NCBI GenBank assembly: GCA_046482545.1
Contig: JAWOEX010000045.1
Coordinates: 1 to 64,000, forward strand
Direction of reading: 5' to 3'
Source of the DNA: Candidatus Thorarchaeota archaeon
GTDB lineage: Archaea; Asgardarchaeota; Thorarchaeia; Thorarchaeales; Thorarchaeaceae
Length of the DNA stretch: 64,000 nucleotides
The position numbers and the translations under genes were made by a program. Shown piece by piece: positions 1 through 9,085 of the stretch (positions are counted from its first letter, which is position 1; every line of letters begins with the position of its first letter). The notes beneath the pieces are model-generated. The model was not told the origin of the DNA. It made no database searches and saw only the letters and a program-made list of their open reading frames with translations.

Positions 1-450
<450 letters not shown>

Positions 451-798
451 TGAGCTTAAAGCGTCCGTAGCCTGTTCAGTAGGTCCCTGCTAAAATCCGG
501 CCGCCCAACGGTCGGAAAGGTAGGGATACCGCTGTACTTGGGGGCGGGAGACGACAACGGTATTTCGCAGGTAAGGGTGAAATCTTATGATCTGCGAAGG
601 ACCACCAGTGGCGAAGGCGGTTGTCGAGAACGCGCCCGACGGTGAGGGACGAAACCCAGGGGAGCGAATCGGATTAGATACCCGAGTAGTCCTGGGCGTA
701 AACCATGCCCGTTAAGTGTTGCTACGGCCACGAGCCGTGGCGGTGCTGCAGCAAAAGCGTTAAACGGGCCGCTTGGGAAGTACGGTCGCAAGACTGAA

Positions 799-828
799 AA
801 CACAGGTCAGTACGACCTGCGTCAGTTC
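799..828 (+). other. 30-nt 16S rRNA intron with canonical bulge-helix-bulge ends (after E. coli-equivalent A908)
   Basis: Exon stem AAG/CTT, bulge AAA (797-799), 4-bp helix ACTG/CAGT (793-796/823-826), bulge TCA (827-829), inner hairpin CAGGTC-agtac-GACCTG. Cutting after bulge nt 2 restores GACTGAAACTTAAAGG. Confidence 0.92.
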
Positions 829-867
<39 letters not shown>

Positions 868-1416
868 GCTTGCGGTTTAATTGGACTCAACGCCGGAAAA
901 CTTACCCGCCCAGACAGCCGAATGAGAGCCAGACTGATGATCTTGCTCGACGAGCTGAGAGCTGGTGCATGGCCATCGTAAATTCGTGCCGTGAGGTATC
1001 AGCTTAAGTGCTGCAACGAATGAGACCCTTGCCACCTAATTGCCAGCCGGGGGCTTCGGCCCTGACGGGGCACATTAGGGGGACTGCTAGCGAAAAGCTG
1101 GAGGAAGGTGAGGGCCACGGTAGGTCCGTATGCCGCGATATGGGCGGGGCCACACGCGTGCTACAATGGCGAGGACAATGCGTTACAACACCGAAAGGTG
1201 AAGTCAATCGCGAAACCTCGTCGTAGTCGGAATCGCGGATTGCAATTCATCCGCGTGAACCTGGAATCCCTAGTATCCGCGTGTCACTAACGCGCGGAGA
1301 ATACGTCCCTGCTTCTTGCACACACCGCCCGTCGCTCCATGCGAGCGGTTCTGGGGTGAGGCGCTGTCTGAAAAGGCGGTAACGAATCTTGGGATCGCAA
1401 GTAGGGAGAAGTCGTA

Positions 1417-1446
1417 AGCGGGTCACACTTCGTGACATGCCGATTA
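1417..1446 (+). other. 30-nt 16S rRNA intron with relaxed BHB/BHL ends (after E. coli-equivalent A1499)
   Basis: Helix GTCG/CGAT (1411-1414/1441-1444), two TAA bulges, inner hairpin GTCAC-acttc-GTGAC. Excision restores AAGTCGTAACAAGG. Confidence 0.88.
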
Positions 1447-1487
1447 ACAAGGTATCCGTAGCGGAAGCTGCGGATGGATCACCTCCT

Positions 1488-1627
1488 ACGCTCCCGCTTT
1501 CAGAGCGGGAACACTCGAGGTACAGACGGGCTGGGTTAGAAGAACAGGGAGTTTGCCCTCCTGACACTGTTGAGCACCTTCTATATTTTGCATATGTTTT
1601 ACAAAACTGAGTTGAGAGACCGTCTTT
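1488..1627 (+). repeat. Repeat R1: 16S 3' trailer, the master copy of a dispersed direct repeat
   Basis: Hairpin TCCCGCT-ttcag-AGCGGGA, then GTACAGAC...GGGTTAGA...AACAGGGAGTTTGCCCTCCTGACACTGTTGAGCACC...TTTTGCATATGTTTTACAAAA...; recurs at 13666, 15559, 16451, 21413 and 32723. Confidence 0.95.
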
Positions 1628-2725
1628 CTACTGACTATCTTCGATTTGCCTCAGCAACTCTTTTGCTGCTTCGAGTTCTGCACGAATACTATCACTGTCC
1701 CATTTCTCTAGGTATCCTTTGTAGATACCGATTGCTTCTTTCACGCGCTTCTTCGCTGGAGAGGATTTGCCGTTTTTGCATAATGCATCAGCGTATTCCA
1801 CCAGTGTTTCGGCTAGGTTTCTTGCTTCGACAGGATCTGACGCCGCCCGTTTTCGATGATACTCCACTTTGCGCTTCAACAGGTCAGCTCCACCTTCCTC
1901 CCCCAGTTCTTTGAAGATGATTTTTGGAATCAGTTCCTCGATTTTTCTCATCACATAGTCGTGGTTGACAAGCTTCTTTTTCCACTCGTCCTCGTCACAG
2001 TTGAAATAGGACTTGACGGGTTTCTTCACCCTTTCTTTTGCCACCTCAACTGAAGAATCGACATCTTCTGGTCCAATCATCTCTGTGAAAGTGAAGAGTA
2101 TAATCCTGTTTTCCCAATCTCCTGTAATGCTTGACTCAAAAGAGATTTCCAGCGCACCTTCCGACCGATGGAGTTCCCCGTGCAATGTTTCGCTATCTAA
2201 TTGCCAGAACGATCCCACCGGAACCCGTGCCAGTCCAAGAAGATTCGCCATCCTCCAGTCCTCCCTGAAAACGAACCCTTCTCGTGTGCTCGGGTCTGGC
2301 TTGAAACTAAGCTCGATGTTGTACAACTGTTGCTCAGAAATCAACCTTTTCGACTCAAGCATACTCAGGATATCCCCCGTATCTACAGGTTCACTGAACA
2401 TGACGCGCAATCGCTCATCTATGCAGGAATCAGGAACATTCACCTTCCAGCACATTCCGTGTTGATTAATTTCTCCAAGAACTGGACAGTATTCTTCCGC
2501 GTGGGTTACGGTCAATTTCACGGGCTGTTCGTTGGCCTTGATCAGTTCCGCACAGGTGAGAGGGAGCGGCGCATCTATTTCGATGTACGGTTCTTTGCGG
2601 AAAACATACGGCTTGAGAAGCGGCAGCTGTTCGAATTCTATGTCTTGGTAAGGGTCCCAAGTCATGTACTGGTTCGGATTGACCGAGCTCTGCAGAGGAA
2701 CCCCATCCACCACTGGCCGACGCAA
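1628..2725 (-). CDS. Hypothetical protein (365 aa) with a helical, TPR-like C-terminus; its 3' tail recurs across the array
   Basis: Long ORF convergent on the 16S; C-terminus ARNLAETLVEYADAL...AKKRVKEAIGIY is TPR-like; no recognisable catalytic motif. Confidence 0.8.
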   Translation of the reverse strand: MRRPVVDGVPLQSSVNPNQYMTWDPYQDIEFEQLPLLKPYVFRKEPYIEIDAPLPLTCAELIKANEQPVKLTVTHAEEYCPVLGEINQHGMCWKVNVPDSCIDERLRVMFSEPVDTGDILSMLESKRLISEQQLYNIELSFKPDPSTREGFVFREDWRMANLLGLARVPVGSFWQLDSETLHGELHRSEGALEISFESSITGDWENRIILFTFTEMIGPEDVDSSVEVAKERVKKPVKSYFNCDEDEWKKKLVNHDYVMRKIEELIPKIIFKELGEEGGADLLKRKVEYHRKRAASDPVEARNLAETLVEYADALCKNGKSSPAKKRVKEAIGIYKGYLEKWDSDSIRAELEAAKELLRQIEDSQ

Positions 2726-2758
2726 AAGTGATAGGACTTCCGAGGTGCGGTGAAGGTG

Positions 2759-3511
2759 TCATGTATCAACTGTTTCGCCCTCGTGTTCGAACTCAACGAG
2801 ATAATCCATATTATCTATGGAAAGGGTACATTGTACTGGGATGACCTCTTCAAGGTTTTCTGCAATCTCTTCTAGACTGCCCTTAACCCGTGCTTTCAAT
2901 CCTGGCGGTATGGCCGCTCCTCTTGGCTGCTTGATGCCGGACTTCTTCGTGTAGTCGATTCTCATCCCCCGTATCTCTGAGATGGCATCTCGCTTTCTTG
3001 GAATGATGCTCACTTCGCCTGATAGCTCCCATCCGCTATCCATCAACACCCACAGATACTCCACTCCACTAAGAGTCGCGACCATGATATTGTATACAGA
3101 ATCGGTGCTCATCGCTTTCTGAAGACTGGTGGCCATCACATCGTGTGCATTCGTGGCCCAGCTGAATGCTCCTCTGACATCCACCGGGATCTTGTTTTCC
3201 CAATAGCCATTCACAAGCTTGGTCTTATCATACTGGTCCTGTAGAAACACCCAGCACCCCTGTTCATCACAGTCCAGTAGGAGACCGTGTCGAACTTGGA
3301 TCTGTACAGGTACAGGACTCACGACAAGCTCCTTTGCCCGCTTGTTCAGGTTAGACCAGACACTTCTCATACCGAACTTGGGAATCAGTCGTTCGCGCGT
3401 TTCCTTGTCCCTGAGCTCGAATCCAAGATGGTGTAATTGCCAAGGGCGGAGAACATCCCAGAGGGTCTCTATATCAGCATCATCTAATTCCGGGTGAACA
3501 ATCTGACGCAT
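2759..3511 (-). CDS. Hypothetical protein (250 aa), probably co-transcribed with the 365-aa gene
   Basis: 250-aa ORF, same strand, 33 bp upstream of the 365-aa ORF. Confidence 0.75.
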   Translation of the reverse strand: MRQIVHPELDDADIETLWDVLRPWQLHHLGFELRDKETRERLIPKFGMRSVWSNLNKRAKELVVSPVPVQIQVRHGLLLDCDEQGCWVFLQDQYDKTKLVNGYWENKIPVDVRGAFSWATNAHDVMATSLQKAMSTDSVYNIMVATLSGVEYLWVLMDSGWELSGEVSIIPRKRDAISEIRGMRIDYTKKSGIKQPRGAAIPPGLKARVKGSLEEIAENLEEVIPVQCTLSIDNMDYLVEFEHEGETVDT

Positions 3512-3544
3512 CTAGACGTTTGGATTGATGAATTCAAACAATAG

Positions 3545-4269
3545 ATTTCGCTTGCGGAGAGTATCTGGAAATCAGATATACTAGGACACGAGAGAATTAC
3601 ATTCCTGCTCCTTGATAATTCTATAGAGTTTATGTCAAAATGCTATCTCAAAGTAATTCGTAATCTAGTTGGAACTAAAAAAGGCACAAAATAACTTCGA
3701 ATGACTGGGAAGATATCTCTAGGTATTTCGGGTATTTGATGGACATAATGAAGAAGCACTCTCCAATACCCCCAAAGACGATTGAATCCATTAAAGCCTA
3801 CCATCAGGTCAGGAATGATTTGTATCATACCTCAATTCCCATGGCTGTCACGAAATCACAATTCCGGGATGAACTCAAAAATGCAATCGAGGTCTTTGAA
3901 ATCTTATTCAATGCAAAATGCGAATCAAGTATCATTGATGTGCCCGCAGTTCTACATAAGAGACCATCACTACAAGATGCTATTTCTGTGGTAACAGGAG
4001 ATCAATATGTGCGAGTCGATATTCCCGATAATTGGTCACTTAGCCAATGCATTAGAGTAATTATCTATGGATACACGTCATCACTTGGTTTGCTTCCGAC
4101 ATATCAGCAGATTGAACAAGCACTCGCAATTTCAAATAGGCCTACCCCAAAGGACAAAATCCGCCAAGGGAATCATAATCTGAAATATCGTGGACATATC
4201 AAGGAGCCAACTGAAGGCAAGTACTCACTCACATCAGAAGGAAAATCTGCTGCCGAAGAACGTAGATAA
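3545..4269 (+). pseudogene. HEPN-like (RxxxxH) plus C-terminal winged-helix protein; frameshifted and lacking a start
   Basis: An upstream frame reads ERITFLLLDNSIEFMSKCYLK and shifts near 3680-3695 into the 177-aa ORF containing RNDLYH; the C-terminus KYRGHIKEPTEGKYSLTSEG is wHTH-like. Confidence 0.6.
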
Positions 4270-4294
4270 TGATTGAGAGGATAGAGAATTAGAC

Positions 4295-4771
4295 TCAGTC
4301 TTCCCCTTCAATAGTATCTTCTTCTCGCTCATCTGTCAGAAGAATATTCTGGAGGCGCTCCAATCCTGGTCCAGCTAACCGATGCCTAGATTTCTCAATT
4401 TCTTCAAACAAATCCCTATAATTTTCGTTTCCATAGTGAGCCGTAATGGTACTCACCGTTACCCCTAGAAGCTCGGCAATTTCCTGATTTCTTATACCCT
4501 TTCTTCCAGCTAGATGCATAGCTATGATAATTTGGTCAAGACGACTCTCGATTTCTGGACTGAATCTCGCGGAGCCATTGGGCAATATAGATACAAGATG
4601 ATCCAGGTTCTTACTAATCGGCTGATGCCATACGCTACTTGATTTTTTCAATACTTGTTCAATCGCTTCAAGTCTCTCATCGATTAGATTCTCTACATTT
4701 GATATTTCTTCATCTGAGAGCTCTATCGTGGCATCATAATGAACTCGATTTATGTGTATTTCAATATTCAT
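4295..4771 (-). CDS. Hypothetical protein with C-terminal winged helix-turn-helix
   Basis: GIRNQEIAELLGVTVSTIT HTH plus wing HRLAGPGLERL; likely start MNIEIH at 4771 within the 204-aa ORF. Confidence 0.65.
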   Translation of the reverse strand: MNIEIHINRVHYDATIELSDEEISNVENLIDERLEAIEQVLKKSSSVWHQPISKNLDHLVSILPNGSARFSPEIESRLDQIIIAMHLAGRKGIRNQEIAELLGVTVSTITAHYGNENYRDLFEEIEKSRHRLAGPGLERLQNILLTDEREEDTIEGED

Positions 4772-4960
4772 TGCTTTTCTACTCCCGTTCCCTAAGATAC
4801 GCTTTGTTAACTCAATATATCTATTGTTGAAAAAGCGACTCTGTGGAAAAAGTAGGCGGAATTGTTGTGAGAAGATCAAATGAGCTGTCAATTCGCTATT
4901 CAAACGCACGGATCCTGATAATCAGGAGCAATAATATGAATCACTCCGATATGGTGGTAT

Positions 4961-5317
4961 GACTTTTTACACAGGGCCTGTTGGAGAGTAGAGTAGCTGG
5001 GAGCTCTGGTGAGCTTGAGCTTATCGAGCAGGATGGGATTGAAGTTGACGAACGCGATGAACTCGCGATAGCTGAGCCCGGAGTCGAACTTCAAGCCTAG
5101 GAGGACAAACAGGGTGGGCAGAGGAAACTCAACAGGCCTGCCAAAGCTGGATTTTTTCTGTGGGATTGTATTGCTAAGCTTGATAAGGGAATCAAGCAAG
5201 AACTGGAAGTGGCGAGACTTGGCTGTATCATATGATGTGTAGTACGTCATGACTCGTGTGACCAGTCAGTCTGGCCACAACCCTTTGTATTACCTCATTG
5301 ACTTTTCACACAGGGCC
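4961..5317 (-). mobile_element. Truncated IS element (IS4/IS5-like transposase N-terminus) bounded by two same-orientation 18-bp IS-end-like sequences
   Basis: ORF 4900..5250 has GRPVEFP...LGLK...LSYREF...APSYSTL, typical of the transposase N-terminal domain, with no DDE core. GACTTTTTACACAGGGCC (4961) and GACTTTTCACACAGGGCC (5300) match at 17/18. Confidence 0.75.
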
Positions 5318-5374
5318 CAATGGATTGAATGATTTTAATACAAATCAGCAAGTTACATAGTATTTCTTAGATTA

Positions 5375-5402
5375 AAAAAAGAAACTACCCTCGAAGGGTA
5401 GC
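5375..5402 (-). terminator. Hairpin plus poly-T terminator of the 159-aa gene
   Basis: CTACCCT-cga-AGGGTAG, followed on the minus strand by TTTCTTTTTTT. Confidence 0.55.
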
Positions 5403-5475
5403 CAAATATTCAAACTGAAAGATGTCTATGAAGGCGTCGATATTTTCCTAAAGATATGTATAACGTAAGATTCCA

Positions 5476-5955
5476 TCAATATATCAACAATATGGGGACT
5501 GAGCCAAATTCCCATGTATGTTGTCCCTCGAACCATAGTCTGCTCTCATCTTCGAATTTAATCTGAAGATATGATGAGGTGGCGTCATCTATCTTATAGG
5601 TCTCGGCTCCAAATGTAAGACGAAGAGTGACAATATTTTTCCAAGAACCGCTACCGCCCCATCTGTATGAGACTACAAGTCCTTCATAATTATGCCCAGT
5701 AGGACTGACACTTTCGTAGTCTATTAGAACCCAATATGCATCACCATTAGTTGGAACGTTATTTATGTCCCATGTCATAACCAGCTTGTGAGTCCAGTCG
5801 CTCGCTTGTTCTGTGGACTTATTTGTGCTGCTATTCCAAGATCCATACGTACAATATGGAGTTTCATCATAGCGTTCAGTTACTGCTAGTACAGGTTTGG
5901 GCATTAGAAGTACAACAGACACGATTATGCCTACTATAATTACTCGTTTATCCAT
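5476..5955 (-). CDS. Secreted hypothetical protein (159 aa), beta-rich
   Basis: Signal peptide MDKRVIIVGIIVSVVLLMPKPVLA; SD GGAGGTGA upstream; W/Y/T/S-rich mature part. Confidence 0.75.
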   Translation of the reverse strand: MDKRVIIVGIIVSVVLLMPKPVLAVTERYDETPYCTYGSWNSSTNKSTEQASDWTHKLVMTWDINNVPTNGDAYWVLIDYESVSPTGHNYEGLVVSYRWGGSGSWKNIVTLRLTFGAETYKIDDATSSYLQIKFEDESRLWFEGQHTWEFGSVPILLIY

Positions 5956-6310
5956 TTTCTCACCTCCCTTATTACTATCTTGAGGAAAAACACCCTCCCA
6001 AGTGACATTATATTAGATAACATTCTATAAAAATATATCTCCCAACTTTCAAAGCCTTCTCCAATACCGTTCTGGGAATTGGGGTCTAAGATATCAGATG
6101 AATAGGCAAAGCTTTGTGATACTATTCGGGGTAATTTGTCTCTTCATAAAATTAGAGAAGATTAATTCATCATCGATATGAACAAAAGAACTAAATTGAG
6201 TCTATGATCCTCTGTAGCCATTCCTACAGTACGAAGAATGACGGAAATGTCTATAATACAAGGCGTCAAAAATGATGAACACCATTTAGCTAACTGGAGG
6301 GAGGTTAAGC

Positions 6311-9085
6311 TTGCTAGCTCCTGCTGTATATGAAGTATTTCATACTTGGAAACGCAAGGGGTTAACCTTGCTATGCCTCATGCTTGCAGCGGGTCTTGCT
6401 ATAGGACTCACCGCCTATGTGGATTCTTACTCCGTCCACGAATGGTCAAGAGTTGTCGATATTGGCCCGATTTCGATGCGTGTTGATGGCCCAGATATTG
6501 TAGATAGGATGGATGAAATTCGAGGGGTTGATGGTGTAGAAGAGGTTGGCTCCGTCAGATTCGTATCGCGTCAGTTGAGTGGAGCTATGGATACGTATTC
6601 GCGAGAATTTTTCGCTATTCCAGACTCGCATTTTCTTACAGTGTTTCCAACCGTGTTCCAGATGATTGAGGGACGCTATCCTGAAAACGGTGATGAGATT
6701 GTCATTCACTGGCAGAAAGCTCAGGAGGCAGGTATAGCCATGGGCGACCAAGTGAATTATACATCCGGAAATGGTGAGGAAATCCTAGGTACTCTAAGAG
6801 TTACTGGTATATTCGAACTTGGGGAGGGAGTACTTGTGACTAGATTAGATCGGGATTTCGTAGCTTTATGGAGCGCTATACAGTCCTCAATTGGAATCGT
6901 TCATCCTGTATCAATACCGGAGGATGCTGGATTTACGTCCATATATGTGGATATTGATAGATCCCGGCTATCCCCCTCAAATCCCGCTGGAGCATTGCAA
7001 TTTGTCCATAGTATCGAGGTGCAAGTCCGACTGCTAGATCCGCATCTAAGCCCCTACGAGACCTACCGGGATTCAATCTACGACGTGCGCAACCGCCTGA
7101 CACGAGCCATTTCCGATTATATGGATTACCTTCTGGAAATGAGAATCTTGCAGCTTCGACGGGCAGGTGGTCTAATCCTCCTGATTGTCGTTTTGGACTA
7201 TCTTGCTATTCGTTACAACTTCCACGAACGAGACACGGAATCGCTCCTGCTACAGGCGAGAGGTGCCTCGAAGCTTGAAACAGAACAGGCCATCGTACGG
7301 GAGCTGGCGATTTTATCAGCAGCAGGAACATTTTTAGGCCTCTGCTTTGGAATTCTGTTGAGCCGGCTTGCTCTTTCATCCACTGGCTATTTGCACTTCG
7401 ATTTCCATTTGTTCTTCACCGAACCGTTTCTGATCTCGTTAGAATCCCTGTTCCTATCCCTGATTGTTGGCCTGCTTGTACCTTTCTTCACGATGGGTGG
7501 GTATTTTGCAGTATATAGACTCAAGGAACCAGTCCAAGAAGCGGGGGGGAGACTAGAGAAGATGATTGAGGGGTTTAAGACAATACAGTGGGACGCTATT
7601 ATCCTCATCATATCAAGTCTGGTCTTGGCTTCGATGTATTTGTTTGGAACCACGAGCATTGAGAACCAGAACCTGAGGATTGCACTATCAGCAATGCCGT
7701 TTGTACTGTTCGTCTCATTGTCGAGTTTAGTCATCAAAGGGCTTCGCTGGGGGGCCTTGAGGATTTCAGACGCCTTTGAAGGTATAGTTGGCAAAATCCC
7801 GGCATCGATTGGAATTCGGAGGATCGGGAAGAAAGCATCTTCAGCCGCCCCTATAGTAATCGTCCTCGCTCTATCTATGAGCTTGGCTTGGAACATGGCT
7901 ATCGTTGATGCATCCCTTCCTGTGACCAAGGAAAACCATGCCAAGTTCGCCTTTGGTGGAGATATCTCTTTTAATCTCAATAATCATCATGCCGGGCTCT
8001 GGGATTCATTCTTTCAGAATGTATCACAACATCCCTCGACTGCCCAGACCAGTCTTGTCTCAACGGTGGATGTTCAGGTTTCAGCTGGTTGGGAGGGGCG
8101 TGTTAGTCTAACTGCAATCGATCCAACAACTTTCGTTCATGTGGGCTATGACTACAGGGGTACGAGATTGAATGAATCTGTTATCTTTTCGGGGATGATG
8201 GAAGATCTGCAGGCCGCTACATTTTCAGTAATCGTGACCGAGTACCTTGCTCAAAAATATGACCTCGAACTAGGAGATATAATCCAGACATCTTACAACA
8301 ACCAAAACGATACTCAGGTTTTTTCATTTGTAATTAAAGGAATCCTTGCGGGTCTATCTGACATGACAGACAAACGCACCGACTGGGGTAGATCAGATAT
8401 TGCACAGCGAGTTATGTGGATAAACAGAGAGGTCATTGCTTCTGATATCAATCTCACGGCCGAGGCCTACAATACCCTTTGCGTTGCCACGAAAGCTGGA
8501 ACCAACGAAACGAAGATTGCACGGGAGTTGATTGCGGATGGTGCCTCCAAAGTCTTGCTGAAAGGCGATATAATAGAGGAAGGATGGGTCGCAGTCTCCC
8601 ATGAGGTAGCGGGTTATGTCAACGTAGCCGAATATGTTATGAACCGAGCAACTGATACATTGAAAACACTAGGAACGTTGTTTGTTATAGTCGGGGTCTT
8701 CATTCTGTACGCTATCGAGGACCTGCAATCTTGGAAGCGTGAAGTAGCACTCCTGCGCTCCGTTGGAGGGAATACGTCACATGTGGTAAAAATCCAACTT
8801 GCCGAGCTGGTGGTTTTGGTATCAGTCGCGGTGAGTCTTCTTCTAGTCTATTCTCCTGTATCGATAGCAAATGCCTTGTTGCTACAAGAGAAAACACCTC
8901 TTGCTTTCCCAATCCGGTTCTTCGTTGTATTTCCTTGGTCCGATCTTTTTGCCATCTTTACGTTTTTCTTGGGATGTACCCTAGTCGTTACGATGATTAT
9001 CGCTGCAGTAAACACGAGAGTCAGCCTATCCAGGGCATTGAATGCACACTGGGCCGAAGCAGGACCATACAGAGGTGAACGATGA
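6311..9085 (+). CDS. MacB/FtsX-type ABC permease (two FtsX domains)
   Basis: 924 aa; LLQARGAS and REVALLRSVGG FtsX motifs, large extracytoplasmic loops, multiple TM segments. Confidence 0.85.
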   Translation: MLAPAVYEVFHTWKRKGLTLLCLMLAAGLAIGLTAYVDSYSVHEWSRVVDIGPISMRVDGPDIVDRMDEIRGVDGVEEVGSVRFVSRQLSGAMDTYSREFFAIPDSHFLTVFPTVFQMIEGRYPENGDEIVIHWQKAQEAGIAMGDQVNYTSGNGEEILGTLRVTGIFELGEGVLVTRLDRDFVALWSAIQSSIGIVHPVSIPEDAGFTSIYVDIDRSRLSPSNPAGALQFVHSIEVQVRLLDPHLSPYETYRDSIYDVRNRLTRAISDYMDYLLEMRILQLRRAGGLILLIVVLDYLAIRYNFHERDTESLLLQARGASKLETEQAIVRELAILSAAGTFLGLCFGILLSRLALSSTGYLHFDFHLFFTEPFLISLESLFLSLIVGLLVPFFTMGGYFAVYRLKEPVQEAGGRLEKMIEGFKTIQWDAIILIISSLVLASMYLFGTTSIENQNLRIALSAMPFVLFVSLSSLVIKGLRWGALRISDAFEGIVGKIPASIGIRRIGKKASSAAPIVIVLALSMSLAWNMAIVDASLPVTKENHAKFAFGGDISFNLNNHHAGLWDSFFQNVSQHPSTAQTSLVSTVDVQVSAGWEGRVSLTAIDPTTFVHVGYDYRGTRLNESVIFSGMMEDLQAATFSVIVTEYLAQKYDLELGDIIQTSYNNQNDTQVFSFVIKGILAGLSDMTDKRTDWGRSDIAQRVMWINREVIASDINLTAEAYNTLCVATKAGTNETKIARELIADGASKVLLKGDIIEEGWVAVSHEVAGYVNVAEYVMNRATDTLKTLGTLFVIVGVFILYAIEDLQSWKREVALLRSVGGNTSHVVKIQLAELVVLVSVAVSLLLVYSPVSIANALLLQEKTPLAFPIRFFVVFPWSDLFAIFTFFLGCTLVVTMIIAAVNTRVSLSRALNAHWAEAGPYRGER

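Noticed and set aside
1530-1600. Interpreting the repeats as classical integron attC sites (GGGTTAGA resembles GTTRRRY)
   Set aside because: No RYYYAAC...GTTRRRY pairing across a long palindrome, the motif is missing from R3 and R4, cassettes are multigene in both orientations, and there is no intI. The analogy is functional only.
1488-1627. Repeat as a tRNA, 5S rRNA or MITE
   Set aside because: No cloverleaf or T-loop, no 5S motifs, no terminal inverted repeats or target duplications, and the ends are ragged between copies.
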